Shown here: positions 10,322 through 20,453 of the stretch, piece by piece
Position numbering within the stretch: the stretch's first letter is position 1
Layout: each line of letters opens with the position of its first letter
Assembly: GCA_045597865.1 (NCBI GenBank)
Contig: JAZLKX010000025.1
Location: 320,001 to 384,000, forward strand
DNA length: 64,000 nucleotides
Reading direction: 5' to 3'
Source of the DNA: Bacilli bacterium
Lineage (GTDB): Bacteria > Bacillota_I > Bacilli_A > RFN20 > CAG-826
The notes under the pieces: model-generated
The model's database searches: none
Seen by the model: the letters and a program-made list of their open reading frames with translations, nothing else
What the model was told of the DNA's origin: nothing
Position numbers and translations under genes: made by a program

Positions 10322-12652
10322 TTATTTTACTTTCCAAAAGTTTTCAACCTGATTTTTTACATCTTCTTTAGAAGTAACAACTTCGTAGTCGCTGTAAATG
10401 TTCTTAAATAATTCGTGATAGGTATCTGTTAGATAACGATCATCAATAAGCAATGCTACACCTCTATCAGATTCACTTCTTATGACACGCCCGACAGCCT
10501 GCATCACTTTGTTCATGCCAGGCGCTACATAGGCGTAGTCATAACCTTTATTTTCAACCTTGTTGAAATAATCACGAATTAAATCTCTTTCATAGCAAAG
10601 CTGAGGAAGTCCAACGCCCACTACACAGACGCCGATAATACGCTCACCTACAAGGTCAATTCCCTCGCCAAAAGCTCCACCTACAACAGCTAAACCTATG
10701 GTTGTTTTCTCAGGTTTATCAACAAAACAAGTTAGGAATTGTTCCTTTTCAATTTCAGACATATCTCGTTCTTGAACGAGTAAATCGAATTCCTCATCTT
10801 CTAGATAAGGAACGAGATTTTCTAAATATTCATAACTTGGAACGTAAACAAAATAGTTTCCAAGTTTTCCGTGAACTAGTTCACGAATATATTCGCTGAC
10901 TTCCTTTATGGTGTCAGCGCGATTTTTATATCTAATCGACACCTTAGGTGCCACCATTAATCTAAGATTATCCTTTTGAAATGGAGACGGAAGGAACAAA
11001 ATCGGATCACTCTTTTCTCCACCAATCATATCTATGTAATAGTCAGATGGAGAAAGCGTTGCGGAAAAGATGACTTTTCCTTTTACTTGTTCAAATGTTC
11101 TTTTTAAATGTTCTCTTGGGTCAATACAATAAAGATTGATTTTAATATCTTTGTCTCTTTTAGAGACATATAAAGAGAATGTTTCATCATAGAAGTCTAA
11201 AAGTTTTATAAACTTATTGAGATCAAAATAGAAATCAGTAAACTCATCTGTCACAACTGAGTGATGATTTTTGTTTACATCACTAGCGGCAAGCAAAAAT
11301 GCTTGAATTGCGTTAAGTTGAGTTCTATTAAGCATATCGATTTTATGATCGCCATCTGGAAGGTCTTCAAATTCACCGAATAACTTTGTTAATCTCTTCA
11401 TTGCATTTTTAATCTTCTTGTGTTCAAAATGGCGAAGTGATTTTTTCACTTGTTTATACTTGAACGAATCAAATGATGCGCTATACATGCTTCGTCCACG
11501 CTCAACTAAGTTGTGTGCTTCATCTACAAGCACGAGCATGTTTGATGCATCACTATCAAAATATCTCTTCAAATAAACCATTGGATCGAAGAAATAATTG
11601 TAGTCACAAATAATCACATCAACATAAAGTGATAAATCTAGTGATAATTCGAATGGACAAATGGCATTAAATTTAGCTATTTCCACTACGTCTTCTGTTG
11701 AGAATAATTTATAGCGAGAAATTGAATCTTTTATAACGTTTTTAATCTTTGAATAATAACCTTTTGCAAATGGACATTCGTCTGGGTTACAGGCTTTGCC
11801 TGGACAAAGACAAACCTTATCTTTTGCCATAATAGAAATTCCTGATGCTTCAAGACCTTTTTCTACCATTAATTTTGTGGCATTATAAGCCATTTCTTTG
11901 CCTGAATTTTTAGCAGTCAAATAGAAGATTTTTTCATTGTCTCCTTTTGCAAAAGATTTAACAAACGGATAAAGAGTTGAAATTGTTTTTCCAATTCCGG
12001 TTGGAGCTTCAGCAAAAAGAATGCCTCCATTTTGCGCAACGCCATAAGCGTATTTCGCAAGTTTCTTCTGTCCGCTTCTGAAATTATCGTATGGAAAAGC
12101 GAGTGTTTCTGCAGATTTATTTCTAGCGAGTGTTCTTTTATAAATGATTTTGAAAAATTCAATGTATTCGGTAAGTAAATTGTTAATGCCTTTTTCTAGT
12201 TCGGAAGTTAAGTAAGAAAAGTTCTTGACCATCATTGATTTATCGAGCTGATTTATGTACGTTAATCTAACACCAATGTGGTCTAGTTTTTTCTCTCTAG
12301 CGTACATTAATGCATAGCATTTAGCTTGTCCAAGGTGCCATTCGCATTGCTCATTATAAAAATTTTCAAGGTCTGAAATTGTTGATTTAATTTCATCAAT
12401 AATTACGTCATCGTCATGAATAATAATTCCATCAGCCCTGCCCTCTAAAATAACTTCAAAATCATCAACTTTAAAACTATCTTTAAGCTGATATTCTGAA
12501 ATATAGTTCTTTCCTTGGCGAGATTGATACATCGCATGAATGAGTGTTCCTTCATTCATTGTAGTCGCATTATAAATACGATTGTCGATATCTCCGGTGC
12601 GAAGTAAAAAGTCGACAAGTTGGTGTACTGAAAGAGTCAAAACCTTCTTCAT
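10322..12652 (-). CDS. PD-(D/E)XK nuclease fused to a DinG/XPD-family Fe-S helicase
   Basis: GRADG..DEIKS..QAKCYA nuclease motifs; EAPTGIGKT, Cys cluster, DEAHN, SATL, QAVGRVIR; start placed at ATG 12652. Confidence 0.88.
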   Translation of the reverse strand: MKKVLTLSVHQLVDFLLRTGDIDNRIYNATTMNEGTLIHAMYQSRQGKNYISEYQLKDSFKVDDFEVILEGRADGIIIHDDDVIIDEIKSTISDLENFYNEQCEWHLGQAKCYALMYAREKKLDHIGVRLTYINQLDKSMMVKNFSYLTSELEKGINNLLTEYIEFFKIIYKRTLARNKSAETLAFPYDNFRSGQKKLAKYAYGVAQNGGILFAEAPTGIGKTISTLYPFVKSFAKGDNEKIFYLTAKNSGKEMAYNATKLMVEKGLEASGISIMAKDKVCLCPGKACNPDECPFAKGYYSKIKNVIKDSISRYKLFSTEDVVEIAKFNAICPFELSLDLSLYVDVIICDYNYFFDPMVYLKRYFDSDASNMLVLVDEAHNLVERGRSMYSASFDSFKYKQVKKSLRHFEHKKIKNAMKRLTKLFGEFEDLPDGDHKIDMLNRTQLNAIQAFLLAASDVNKNHHSVVTDEFTDFYFDLNKFIKLLDFYDETFSLYVSKRDKDIKINLYCIDPREHLKRTFEQVKGKVIFSATLSPSDYYIDMIGGEKSDPILFLPSPFQKDNLRLMVAPKVSIRYKNRADTIKEVSEYIRELVHGKLGNYFVYVPSYEYLENLVPYLEDEEFDLLVQERDMSEIEKEQFLTCFVDKPEKTTIGLAVVGGAFGEGIDLVGERIIGVCVVGVGLPQLCYERDLIRDYFNKVENKGYDYAYVAPGMNKVMQAVGRVIRSESDRGVALLIDDRYLTDTYHELFKNIYSDYEVVTSKEDVKNQVENFWKVK

Positions 12653-12692
12653 AATTTTTATTATATCAAAAAAGACTATCATTTGATAGTCT

Positions 12693-13628
12693 TTATTTGA
12701 AAATTATTCCATTTAGATGTTTGGAACCGTTTGCGAAGCTTCTTCCATCCATCTTTTTCTTACCTGCTAATTGAACTTCTAAAAGCTCAACCACAGCATC
12801 TTTTAATTTAAGATAAACGCTCTTATTTATTAGTAATGAACCAACTGGCCCATCAACTTTTTGATCAACAACTTTTGCTTTGAGAATTTTGAATTTTAAT
12901 TCATTAAGCATTAAGTATCCGCCAGGCTCTTCTGACATGCCTCTAACATAATTAACAAATGTTTTTGCGTCGTAATCTAAGCTAAGTTTTTCAGTCTCTG
13001 GAAGAATCTTATCTGCAAATGTGACTTTGCTTTCATCTTGTTCTTCTCCAAGAAGCTTACCTTCTAGATAAACTGGAAGGAACTTTTTGGTGACTTCAAT
13101 AGCGCATTTTACAATCTTTTCACAAAGTGATGTGTAATTATCTTCTGGAGCAATTTCACATGAAACGACGCCATACATTTTGCCTGCATCCATCTTATCA
13201 ACCATTTCCATAAGCGTAACGCCTGTGCATGTTTCGCCATTCATGATTGCGCGTTGAATTGGTGCTGCGCCTCTGTATTTTGGAAGAATGGATCCATGAA
13301 GATTTAATGCGCCCATTTCTGGGATATCAAGTAAGCCTTGTGGAACAATTTGGCCATAGGCCATTGTGAGAATTAAGTCTGGTTTTAATTCCTTCAAAAA
13401 TTCATAATCTAATCTGATTTTATGAGGTTGATAAACCGGGATATTATGTTGCTTTGCAACAACTTTGGTTGGAACCTCAGTTAAAATAGCTTTTCTTCCA
13501 ACAGGTCTATCCTCTTGTGCAATAACTGCGACAATGTTAAAACCTTCTTGAATTAATGCTTCAAGAACTTGGGCAGACATTTCTGGTGTACCCATATAAA
13601 CAATTCTAGTCTCACTTATGCTTTTCAT
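12693..13628 (-). CDS. fmt: Methionyl-tRNA formyltransferase
   Basis: YMGTPE, AYGQI, NLHGSILPKYRGAAPIQ and MDAG motifs. Confidence 0.97.
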   Translation of the reverse strand: MKSISETRIVYMGTPEMSAQVLEALIQEGFNIVAVIAQEDRPVGRKAILTEVPTKVVAKQHNIPVYQPHKIRLDYEFLKELKPDLILTMAYGQIVPQGLLDIPEMGALNLHGSILPKYRGAAPIQRAIMNGETCTGVTLMEMVDKMDAGKMYGVVSCEIAPEDNYTSLCEKIVKCAIEVTKKFLPVYLEGKLLGEEQDESKVTFADKILPETEKLSLDYDAKTFVNYVRGMSEEPGGYLMLNELKFKILKAKVVDQKVDGPVGSLLINKSVYLKLKDAVVELLEVQLAGKKKMDGRSFANGSKHLNGIIFK

Positions 13629-13635
13629 GGCTACT

Positions 13636-13664
13636 ATTATAAAAGTAACGTCAATGATTTACAA
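13636..13664 (-). promoter_or_regulatory. SigA promoter of fmt (likely leaderless)
   Basis: TTGTAA-17 nt-TATAAT-7 nt-ATG with no SD. Confidence 0.65.
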
Positions 13665-13749
13665 TCATAATGATATTTTGCAAAAAATGTTTGTTAATAT
13701 CGAGTAAGTTTGATAAACTTATGAACGTAATTGAGAGGAAAAAGTTAAA

Positions 13750-14016
13750 ATGGCTCAAATTAAATCACAAATTAAGAGAATCGGTACAAACGAAAAAGCA
13801 AGACAACGTAACGTTAGTTACAGATCAAGAATTGCAACTGAATCAAAGAAGGTTCGTGTTGCTGTTGAAAACAAAGATGCAAAGGCAGCTGCTGAAGCAT
13901 TAAAGGTTGCTTTAAAGTTAATCGATAAATCAGTTACAGCTGGTGTTTATACACGTAATACTGCTGCACGTAAAAAATCATCTCTTACTAAATTAGTCAA
14001 CGGATTAGCAAAATAA
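13750..14016 (+). CDS. rpsT: 30S ribosomal protein S20
   Basis: MAQIKSQIKR..RNTAARKKS; GAGGA SD. Confidence 0.97.
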   Translation: MAQIKSQIKRIGTNEKARQRNVSYRSRIATESKKVRVAVENKDAKAAAEALKVALKLIDKSVTAGVYTRNTAARKKSSLTKLVNGLAK

Positions 14017-14017
14017 T

Positions 14018-14968
14018 CTAGTTTGGAAAATTTATTAGAAATAATTCTAAACCATAAGAGCGGTCAATTTGACCGCTTTTAATTTGCGCATCTAAATTAT
14101 ATAAATCATCCAATGCGTGGGCGATTTGTCTCCTAGATAAAAATCTAGAATTCTTTAAAGCCATGTAAACACGGCCCTCACTAACATTTAATTCTTTAGC
14201 AATTTGTCCTTTATCAAGTCCGCGCACATCTAAGTAGCAAACTTGGGCAATAAATCTAAATTGGGTTGCAAGCATAGGAATTAAAGCATCTGTCGCTTTG
14301 GCGCCAAGTAATTTTAAATCTCTATAAATAGAAATGGCTAATGCATTATCTCCTTTAAACAAGGCATTAGACATTTGAAAAGCATCATCTTCTAGAGGTT
14401 TTGCAACCATAAGCAAAACATCAGAAAGTGTAATTTTGTCTTTATATAAACAAAGTTTATCAGCTTCATTAACAAATCTTGTTAAGTCGCCATCAACTCT
14501 TGCGACTAATTCATTCACCGCATCTGAATCAATTTCAACTTCTCTATTTTTGAAATACTTTTTCGCATAAACTGGCCATTGTTCTTTTGTAAGATCCAAA
14601 AATTCAAAAACACCATGAATTGAATCAATATATTTGGCGATTCCACCATTTTTATCTAATTTGTCTGAACGTAAAATGAAAATACAGTTAATTTCATCTG
14701 GATTGTTTTTTATGCAGTCTAGAAGCTTTTCTTTTTCTTCGTCTTTTCCTTCTTTTGTTAAAAAGGTTGCGTTATCAACAACAACAGCTTTTCTATCATA
14801 ACCTAAAGGCATCATTGATGCTTCAGAAACAATTTCATCTATAGATGATTCTGCATAATCAATCTTTATTGTATTAAAATCATCTGGTTCCTTAACGCAC
14901 TCTTTTAAAACTTTCGCAAGGTGTTTGCGGATCATGTGATATTGAGAGCCATACAATATGTAATTCAT
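14018..14968 (-). CDS. holA: DNA polymerase III delta subunit
   Basis: NYILYG N-terminus, NEADKLCLY, LDAQIKSG; comEC-holA-rpsT synteny. Confidence 0.9.
   Translation of the reverse strand: MNYILYGSQYHMIRKHLAKVLKECVKEPDDFNTIKIDYAESSIDEIVSEASMMPLGYDRKAVVVDNATFLTKEGKDEEKEKLLDCIKNNPDEINCIFILRSDKLDKNGGIAKYIDSIHGVFEFLDLTKEQWPVYAKKYFKNREVEIDSDAVNELVARVDGDLTRFVNEADKLCLYKDKITLSDVLLMVAKPLEDDAFQMSNALFKGDNALAISIYRDLKLLGAKATDALIPMLATQFRFIAQVCYLDVRGLDKGQIAKELNVSEGRVYMALKNSRFLSRRQIAHALDDLYNLDAQIKSGQIDRSYGLELFLINFPN
14058..14080 (+). terminator. rpsT terminator lying inside the antisense holA CDS
   Basis: AGCGGTCA-ATT-TGACCGCT-TTT. Confidence 0.6.
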
Positions 14969-14986
14969 AATGTCGATTATACAACA

Positions 14987-16993
14987 TTATGCGAATAATG
15001 AAAAATACGAAATTGTTCCTTCTTCATCTGTTCGCCTAATTTTAATATTATTTTGAGTTAAAATTTCTAAAATCTCTTTGCTTGGATGACCATAAAAATT
15101 CTTTGCTCCAACTGAGATAATTGCCTCGCTTGGACTAACTGCTTTTATAAACTCTTCACAAGTCGATGTATTAGATCCATGATGGCCTATTTTTAAAACA
15201 TCACAATCCAAATTTGAAAACTTTGAAATTATCTCTTTTTCTACTTTAGTAGAAGCGTCACCCATAAATAACCAATTTTTATTCATAAAATTCATTGTCA
15301 AAACAAGCGATTTGTCATTATCATCTCCACCACTAAAAACATTCAAATTTTCTAGAGTAATATCTCCAATTTTGTATGGAAATTGTTGAGGTTTATTTAT
15401 GTAATTGTAAACTTTAAAATTCTGCATTAATGAATCTTTTGCTCCGCTGTGGTCAAAATCATCATGTGTTGTTATTAATGCATCAATATGAGTTATTTTA
15501 TTTTTATTTAAAAATGGAATTAAAGTTTCTGTTGCCATATCGAAACTTTTATAGCCACCAGTATCAATCATAACAGTATGTGATCTATTTTTTATCAAAA
15601 TGGAATCTCCTTGTCCAACATTAATAAATGAAACAGAATTCATAAACGGTTCTTGGAGTGGAGCTATTGAAACAATTAAGACAAAAATAAGAATTAAAGA
15701 AAGGTGTTTGAAGGACTTAAATCTCCCCTTTTCTAAAAGAAATATTCCTAAAAAGAATACCAAATAAAAAATAAATTCAAAGCATCCACCCCAATTACCA
15801 AATGGAATTTTGATATTTATCAAATCCATTTTTTCTAATACCCATGTTAGCCCACTTCCAACACTATTCACAAACCCATAAATTGGAAAAGCGATGGAGA
15901 ACATTGAAATAATTAGAAAGAAAAGATTAATTGGAAATAGAATAAAATATATGATAGATGTAAGAAGGTTTAGATATCCGCTACTTACTTGAATAGGAAC
16001 CATAAATAAACGGATCGTTGCAAAATATGCCACTTTTCTTTTCTTTTTATCAAATATTTTCAATGCATTATTAAATAATGGCGATAACAAGGATAATAAG
16101 AAACCAATATAAAATGCCTGTTGATAAACAAGGTGATAATCAATAATGATAAAGATCAGCGCTAGAAATGAAACTAGCTCAATATGAGAACGCTTCTTTT
16201 TAAAATGAAATTCGTTCAGATATTTTAATAAGTACATTGCATAAACTCGCAAAGTACCAATCTTGGTAAAGGAGAAAAATGCAAATGGTAATAAAACAAG
16301 GAAAGGCAGTATTTGGGAACCTTTCTTAGATAACTTCAAAGAAAACAAATAAATGAGAATCGAAAACAAAATGTGCAGGTAGATCCCACTCATCGACAGC
16401 AAATAAATCACTCCTATGCTATTAGCATAATTTATTGCTGAACTTGAGTAATCTTTTTCATTAAACAGAAAGGAACTAATTAAAGAGGCCGTATTTTCGT
16501 CAAAATGTGACAAGAAATTTCTTTGGAATTGTTGGATTCGGATAAATGAGTGAAACTTTCGGTCGATCTCGAAAGTTTTTAATTCTTTATCTACTCCTTT
16601 ATTTGCAAGATATTCTTTAAAATCAAATCGGGATTCATAAGTCGTAATTTTTAAATCTTGGACTGAACCCTCGCAAACAAGGTAGTCTCCTATTTCAAAG
16701 TCATTATCTTCAGAGTAAACATAGTATCTTTCAAATCCAGCTTGATAAATCACATAATTTTCTCTAGCTTCAATAACGAAACCAGAATATGGACCTTTTT
16801 GAGCTGGAAACGGAATCCGTGGAAAAAGAGCTCCGATAACAAATATAGCTGTAAATATAAAGAATTTCTTTTTACCAAAACGATATAAAATAAATCCCAA
16901 ATAAGCTATGCTTATTATAATTGAAAGAACTATGTTACCTCGTAAAAAATATAGGCCGAGTACTAATGAGAATGTTGTGAAAAGAAAACTCAT
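14987..16993 (-). CDS. comEC: Competence protein ComEC/Rec2
   Basis: Multi-TM competence domain (SMSGIYLH) plus MBL domain (NVGQGDS, THDDFDHSG, GHHGS, YGHP, RRTDEEG). Confidence 0.93.
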   Translation of the reverse strand: MSFLFTTFSLVLGLYFLRGNIVLSIIISIAYLGFILYRFGKKKFFIFTAIFVIGALFPRIPFPAQKGPYSGFVIEARENYVIYQAGFERYYVYSEDNDFEIGDYLVCEGSVQDLKITTYESRFDFKEYLANKGVDKELKTFEIDRKFHSFIRIQQFQRNFLSHFDENTASLISSFLFNEKDYSSSAINYANSIGVIYLLSMSGIYLHILFSILIYLFSLKLSKKGSQILPFLVLLPFAFFSFTKIGTLRVYAMYLLKYLNEFHFKKKRSHIELVSFLALIFIIIDYHLVYQQAFYIGFLLSLLSPLFNNALKIFDKKKRKVAYFATIRLFMVPIQVSSGYLNLLTSIIYFILFPINLFFLIISMFSIAFPIYGFVNSVGSGLTWVLEKMDLINIKIPFGNWGGCFEFIFYLVFFLGIFLLEKGRFKSFKHLSLILIFVLIVSIAPLQEPFMNSVSFINVGQGDSILIKNRSHTVMIDTGGYKSFDMATETLIPFLNKNKITHIDALITTHDDFDHSGAKDSLMQNFKVYNYINKPQQFPYKIGDITLENLNVFSGGDDNDKSLVLTMNFMNKNWLFMGDASTKVEKEIISKFSNLDCDVLKIGHHGSNTSTCEEFIKAVSPSEAIISVGAKNFYGHPSKEILEILTQNNIKIRRTDEEGTISYFSLFA

Positions 16994-17544
16994 TAATCTC
17001 TTAGACGGACATAATCTTTAATTTTTTCGAAAGTAGCATTACCGATGCCATTAACTTTTTTAAGATCCTCGATACGGCCGAAAGTTCCGTTTGTAGAACG
17101 ATAAGAAACTATTGCTTTAGCAATCGTTGAACCGATGCCCTTTATCAACTGTAGGCCTTCTTCGTCGTCCTTGTTGATATTGGTTTTAACAATTGGCTCC
17201 ATCGAACAAACATCGCTATGGTCATATTTTGGAGCAATATAAAAACTTGCTGCATCTTCTAATAAATAAGAAGTGTTGTATGCAAGCTCATCTGCGTTAG
17301 TGGTTGTTCCGCTGGCAACGCTAATAAGATCTTCTAATGTTGTATTTTTCTCAAGTACATAAGTGCCTGGACGTGTGACTTCCCCTGCAATGGTAACACT
17401 TATCGAGTCACTAGTACTGTTAGAATCTGAGACTAATTGAGTGTTTGCGTTTCCGCCTGCTGTTTCAACTGACGGATCAATAAATTGGAAAACAACAATT
17501 AGTACAACACAAGTGATCAGTACTGCTGCAAAAATTTTAACCAT
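16993..17544 (-). CDS. comEA: Competence DNA receptor ComEA
   Basis: N-terminal TM, SLBB (GEVTRPGTY), HhH motifs (IKGIG, VNGIG). Confidence 0.92.
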   Translation of the reverse strand: MVKIFAAVLITCVVLIVVFQFIDPSVETAGGNANTQLVSDSNSTSDSISVTIAGEVTRPGTYVLEKNTTLEDLISVASGTTTNADELAYNTSYLLEDAASFYIAPKYDHSDVCSMEPIVKTNINKDDEEGLQLIKGIGSTIAKAIVSYRSTNGTFGRIEDLKKVNGIGNATFEKIKDYVRLRD

Positions 17545-17604
17545 TCGTAATTTCCTCCTTCACTTTATATTTACAGTGAATTTTGGAAATCCGATAAAAT
17601 ATTT

Positions 17605-17645
17605 TTAGACCTATAATTTATAAGTAAATTATAGGTCTGTTTTTT
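17605..17645. terminator. valS terminator hairpin
   Basis: AGACCTATAATTTA..TAAATTATAGGTCT inverted repeat. Confidence 0.65.
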
Positions 17646-20194
17646 TATAGATTTTTCAATTTTTCCTCAAACTGAGCTAATTTTTGTTTTTCTAATTCCA
17701 CTTTTTCTTTCGGAGCTTTATTAACAAAGTTTGGATTATTTAGCATGCCTTTACATCTTGCAATTTCAGCTTCAAGGAATGCTTTGTCTTTTTCTTTCTT
17801 TAGTTTCAAGTCTTCCTCAGAAATTGAATCTTCTATGTATAATGTAAGCGCGCTATATACGAACTTCATGCCTTTGGAATTAGATTCTTTTGCAATTTCA
17901 ATCTTGTCTGCAAAGGTGAATCTTCTTAAATAAGTATCAATTCCATCAAATGGTTTTTTATCTTTATAGACCACCACTAAATTTAACTTATAGTTTGGAG
18001 CTAATTTATTGTTAACTTTGTAGTTACGAACATCAGTAATCATCTTGTAGAAATCTTCAACTTCTTCAAGACCCTTTTCGTCGTAATTTTTAGCTACTGG
18101 ATAGCTCTCTAACATGATTGATTTTAAGTGAGTTGGAAGAGCTAAATAAAGTTCCTCTCCAATGAATGGAGCGAATGGATAAATCATAATAATAATATTC
18201 TTAAGAATATTAACTAAAATAGATTTAACAACATTTTTGTAGTTTTCGTCGTTTCCGTTTAAGGCAACTTTACTCATTTCTAAGTAGTTTGAACAGAAGT
18301 CATCGTAGACGAAATTATAAAGATAAGTTGAAGCCATTGAATACTCGTATTTATCCATATAATTTTCGACTGATTTGATGGTCTTATTCATCTTCACTAA
18401 AATGTCTTTTTCAAGTGGCTTTAATTCATCAAATTTGATATCAGATTCTTTGAAATTTTCGCCAACAATATCCAAGACATAACGAGCAGAGTTCCAAATC
18501 TTATTTAAATAATTAGAACTTGCTTGAACTTTTTCTTCAATATAACGAATGTCTTGACCTGGTGCTGAACCGGTTGTTAAGAAATAACGAAGGGCGTCTA
18601 CACCATATTTATCGATTGCATCGATAGGGTCAATGCCGTTTCCAAGTGACTTAGACATTTTTCTGCCTTGGGAGTCACGAATAAGTCCATGAATTAAACA
18701 ATCTTTAAATGGAGATTTTCCAGTAAATTCTAGAGAATCAAAAATCATTCTGGAAACCCAGAAGAAAATAATGTCATAAGCAGTGACTAAAAGTGAATTT
18801 GGGAAATATCTCTCAAAATCAGGAGTCTTTTCTGGCCAACCTAAAGTTGCAAATGGCCATAAAGCTGAGCTGAACCATGTGTCTAAAACGTCTTCATCTT
18901 GAACATAATTTGGATCAGTCACTGGAGTTTCTGAAACAATAATGTCTCCTGTTTGCTTATTATAATAAGCAGGAATACGATGTCCCCACCAAAGTTGTCT
19001 AGAAATACACCAGTCATCGGCGTTTTCCATCCATTGTCTAAATGTGTGGTTAAAACGTTCTGGAACAAAGTTGACTTCACTTTTTGCTAAAGCTTGTTCT
19101 GCTAAAGGTCTCATTTTGACAAACCATTGTTTCATAAGCATTGGTTCAACAACACAATGTGATCTTTCAGAGTGACCAACTTGGTGAACGATGTCTTCGA
19201 TTTTGATAAGTCTACCGTCTTTTTCAATTTGTTTTACAAGTGCATCACGACATTCATATCTATCCATGCCTTTGTACTTGCCGCAGTTTTCGTTCATCTT
19301 TGCTTCTAAATCCATACACTTGATGAACTTCATTCCGTATTTCTTTGCTAAAGCAAAGTCATTTGGGTCATGGGCAGGAGTACATTTCATAGCACCTGTA
19401 CCAAATTCGATATCAACGTATTCATCACCCATAACTGGGATTTGCTCCTCGTTAGCTGGGTTGATGACCATTTTTCCAATTAAGTGTTTGTATCTTTCAT
19501 CTTTTGGGTTAACGAAAACTGCTGTATCGCCAAACATAGTTTCTGGTCTTGTTGTAGCGACTACTAAGTGATCGTTTGTACCAACGATTAGATACTTAAA
19601 ATAGAAAAATTTGCCTGGGTCATCGGAGTATTCTACTTCGATGTTAGATAAAGCTGTCTTAAGTTCTGGGTCATAGTTAATAATTCTTTCACCACGATAA
19701 ATGAGTCCTTTGTCATAAAGTGTCTTAAAGACGTGAAGAACAGCTTTGTTAAGTTGTTCGTCAAGTGTGAATCTTTCGCGGCTATAATCGAGCATTAAGC
19801 CCATTTTTGCCCATTGTTTGTGAATGTTATCAGCGTATTCTGCCTTCCATTCCCACGCTTTCTTTAAGAAACCTTCACGACCAAGGTCATAACGAGAAAC
19901 ACCTTCTTTACGAAGTTTTTCTTCAACTTTGGCTTGCGTAGCAATGCCAGCGTGGTCCATACCTGCTAACCACATAACATCAAAACCTTTAAGTTTTTTA
20001 TAACGTGCGGTTATATCTTGTACAGTTGTATTCCAGGCGTGACCTAAGTGTAACTTACCTGTAACGTTTGGAGGAGGAATCACCATTGAAAATGGAAGTT
20101 TTGATAAATCACCTGCGGTAAAATATCCTTCCTTTTTCCAATTTTCGTATTTTCCTTCTTCAACTTTCTTTGGATCATAACGTTTATCTAACAT
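17645..20194 (-). CDS. valS: Valine--tRNA ligase
   Basis: PPPNVTGKLHLGH, DWCISRQLWWGH, KMSKS, C-terminal coiled coil. Confidence 0.99.
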   Translation of the reverse strand: MLDKRYDPKKVEEGKYENWKKEGYFTAGDLSKLPFSMVIPPPNVTGKLHLGHAWNTTVQDITARYKKLKGFDVMWLAGMDHAGIATQAKVEEKLRKEGVSRYDLGREGFLKKAWEWKAEYADNIHKQWAKMGLMLDYSRERFTLDEQLNKAVLHVFKTLYDKGLIYRGERIINYDPELKTALSNIEVEYSDDPGKFFYFKYLIVGTNDHLVVATTRPETMFGDTAVFVNPKDERYKHLIGKMVINPANEEQIPVMGDEYVDIEFGTGAMKCTPAHDPNDFALAKKYGMKFIKCMDLEAKMNENCGKYKGMDRYECRDALVKQIEKDGRLIKIEDIVHQVGHSERSHCVVEPMLMKQWFVKMRPLAEQALAKSEVNFVPERFNHTFRQWMENADDWCISRQLWWGHRIPAYYNKQTGDIIVSETPVTDPNYVQDEDVLDTWFSSALWPFATLGWPEKTPDFERYFPNSLLVTAYDIIFFWVSRMIFDSLEFTGKSPFKDCLIHGLIRDSQGRKMSKSLGNGIDPIDAIDKYGVDALRYFLTTGSAPGQDIRYIEEKVQASSNYLNKIWNSARYVLDIVGENFKESDIKFDELKPLEKDILVKMNKTIKSVENYMDKYEYSMASTYLYNFVYDDFCSNYLEMSKVALNGNDENYKNVVKSILVNILKNIIIMIYPFAPFIGEELYLALPTHLKSIMLESYPVAKNYDEKGLEEVEDFYKMITDVRNYKVNNKLAPNYKLNLVVVYKDKKPFDGIDTYLRRFTFADKIEIAKESNSKGMKFVYSALTLYIEDSISEEDLKLKKEKDKAFLEAEIARCKGMLNNPNFVNKAPKEKVELEKQKLAQFEEKLKNL

Positions 20195-20214
20195 AACTCT
20201 GACCTCCCATAAAT

Positions 20215-20425
20215 ATATAAAAAGCGCCCTATTTAAGGACGCTTTAACGTGGTACCACCTTAATTCTCTTACAAAAGTAAGAGCACTTAATTGAGTTATA
20301 ACGGAACAACCGCGATATTCCTATCGAGCCTCGCAAGCGACAATGATTATTTCCTAGTGAGATGCTTCCACCATCCATCTCTCTCTATAACTAAGAAGAT
20401 TAATCAACCTCTTGGTCAACAGCGA
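20215..20425 (-). ncRNA. T-box riboswitch leader of valS
   Basis: - strand AGAGA and GGTGGAA stem-I motifs, T-box AATTAAGGTGGTACCACG, then terminator GCGTCCT..AGGGCGC-TTTTT; candidate Val specifier GTC. Confidence 0.88.
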
Positions 20426-20453
20426 ATAAATTATAACAATTTCTTTATTTTAA

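Noticed and set aside
10322-12682. CasDinG/Cas4 of a type IV CRISPR or defence system
   Set aside because: No cas genes or repeat-spacer array; flanked by fmt and lepA
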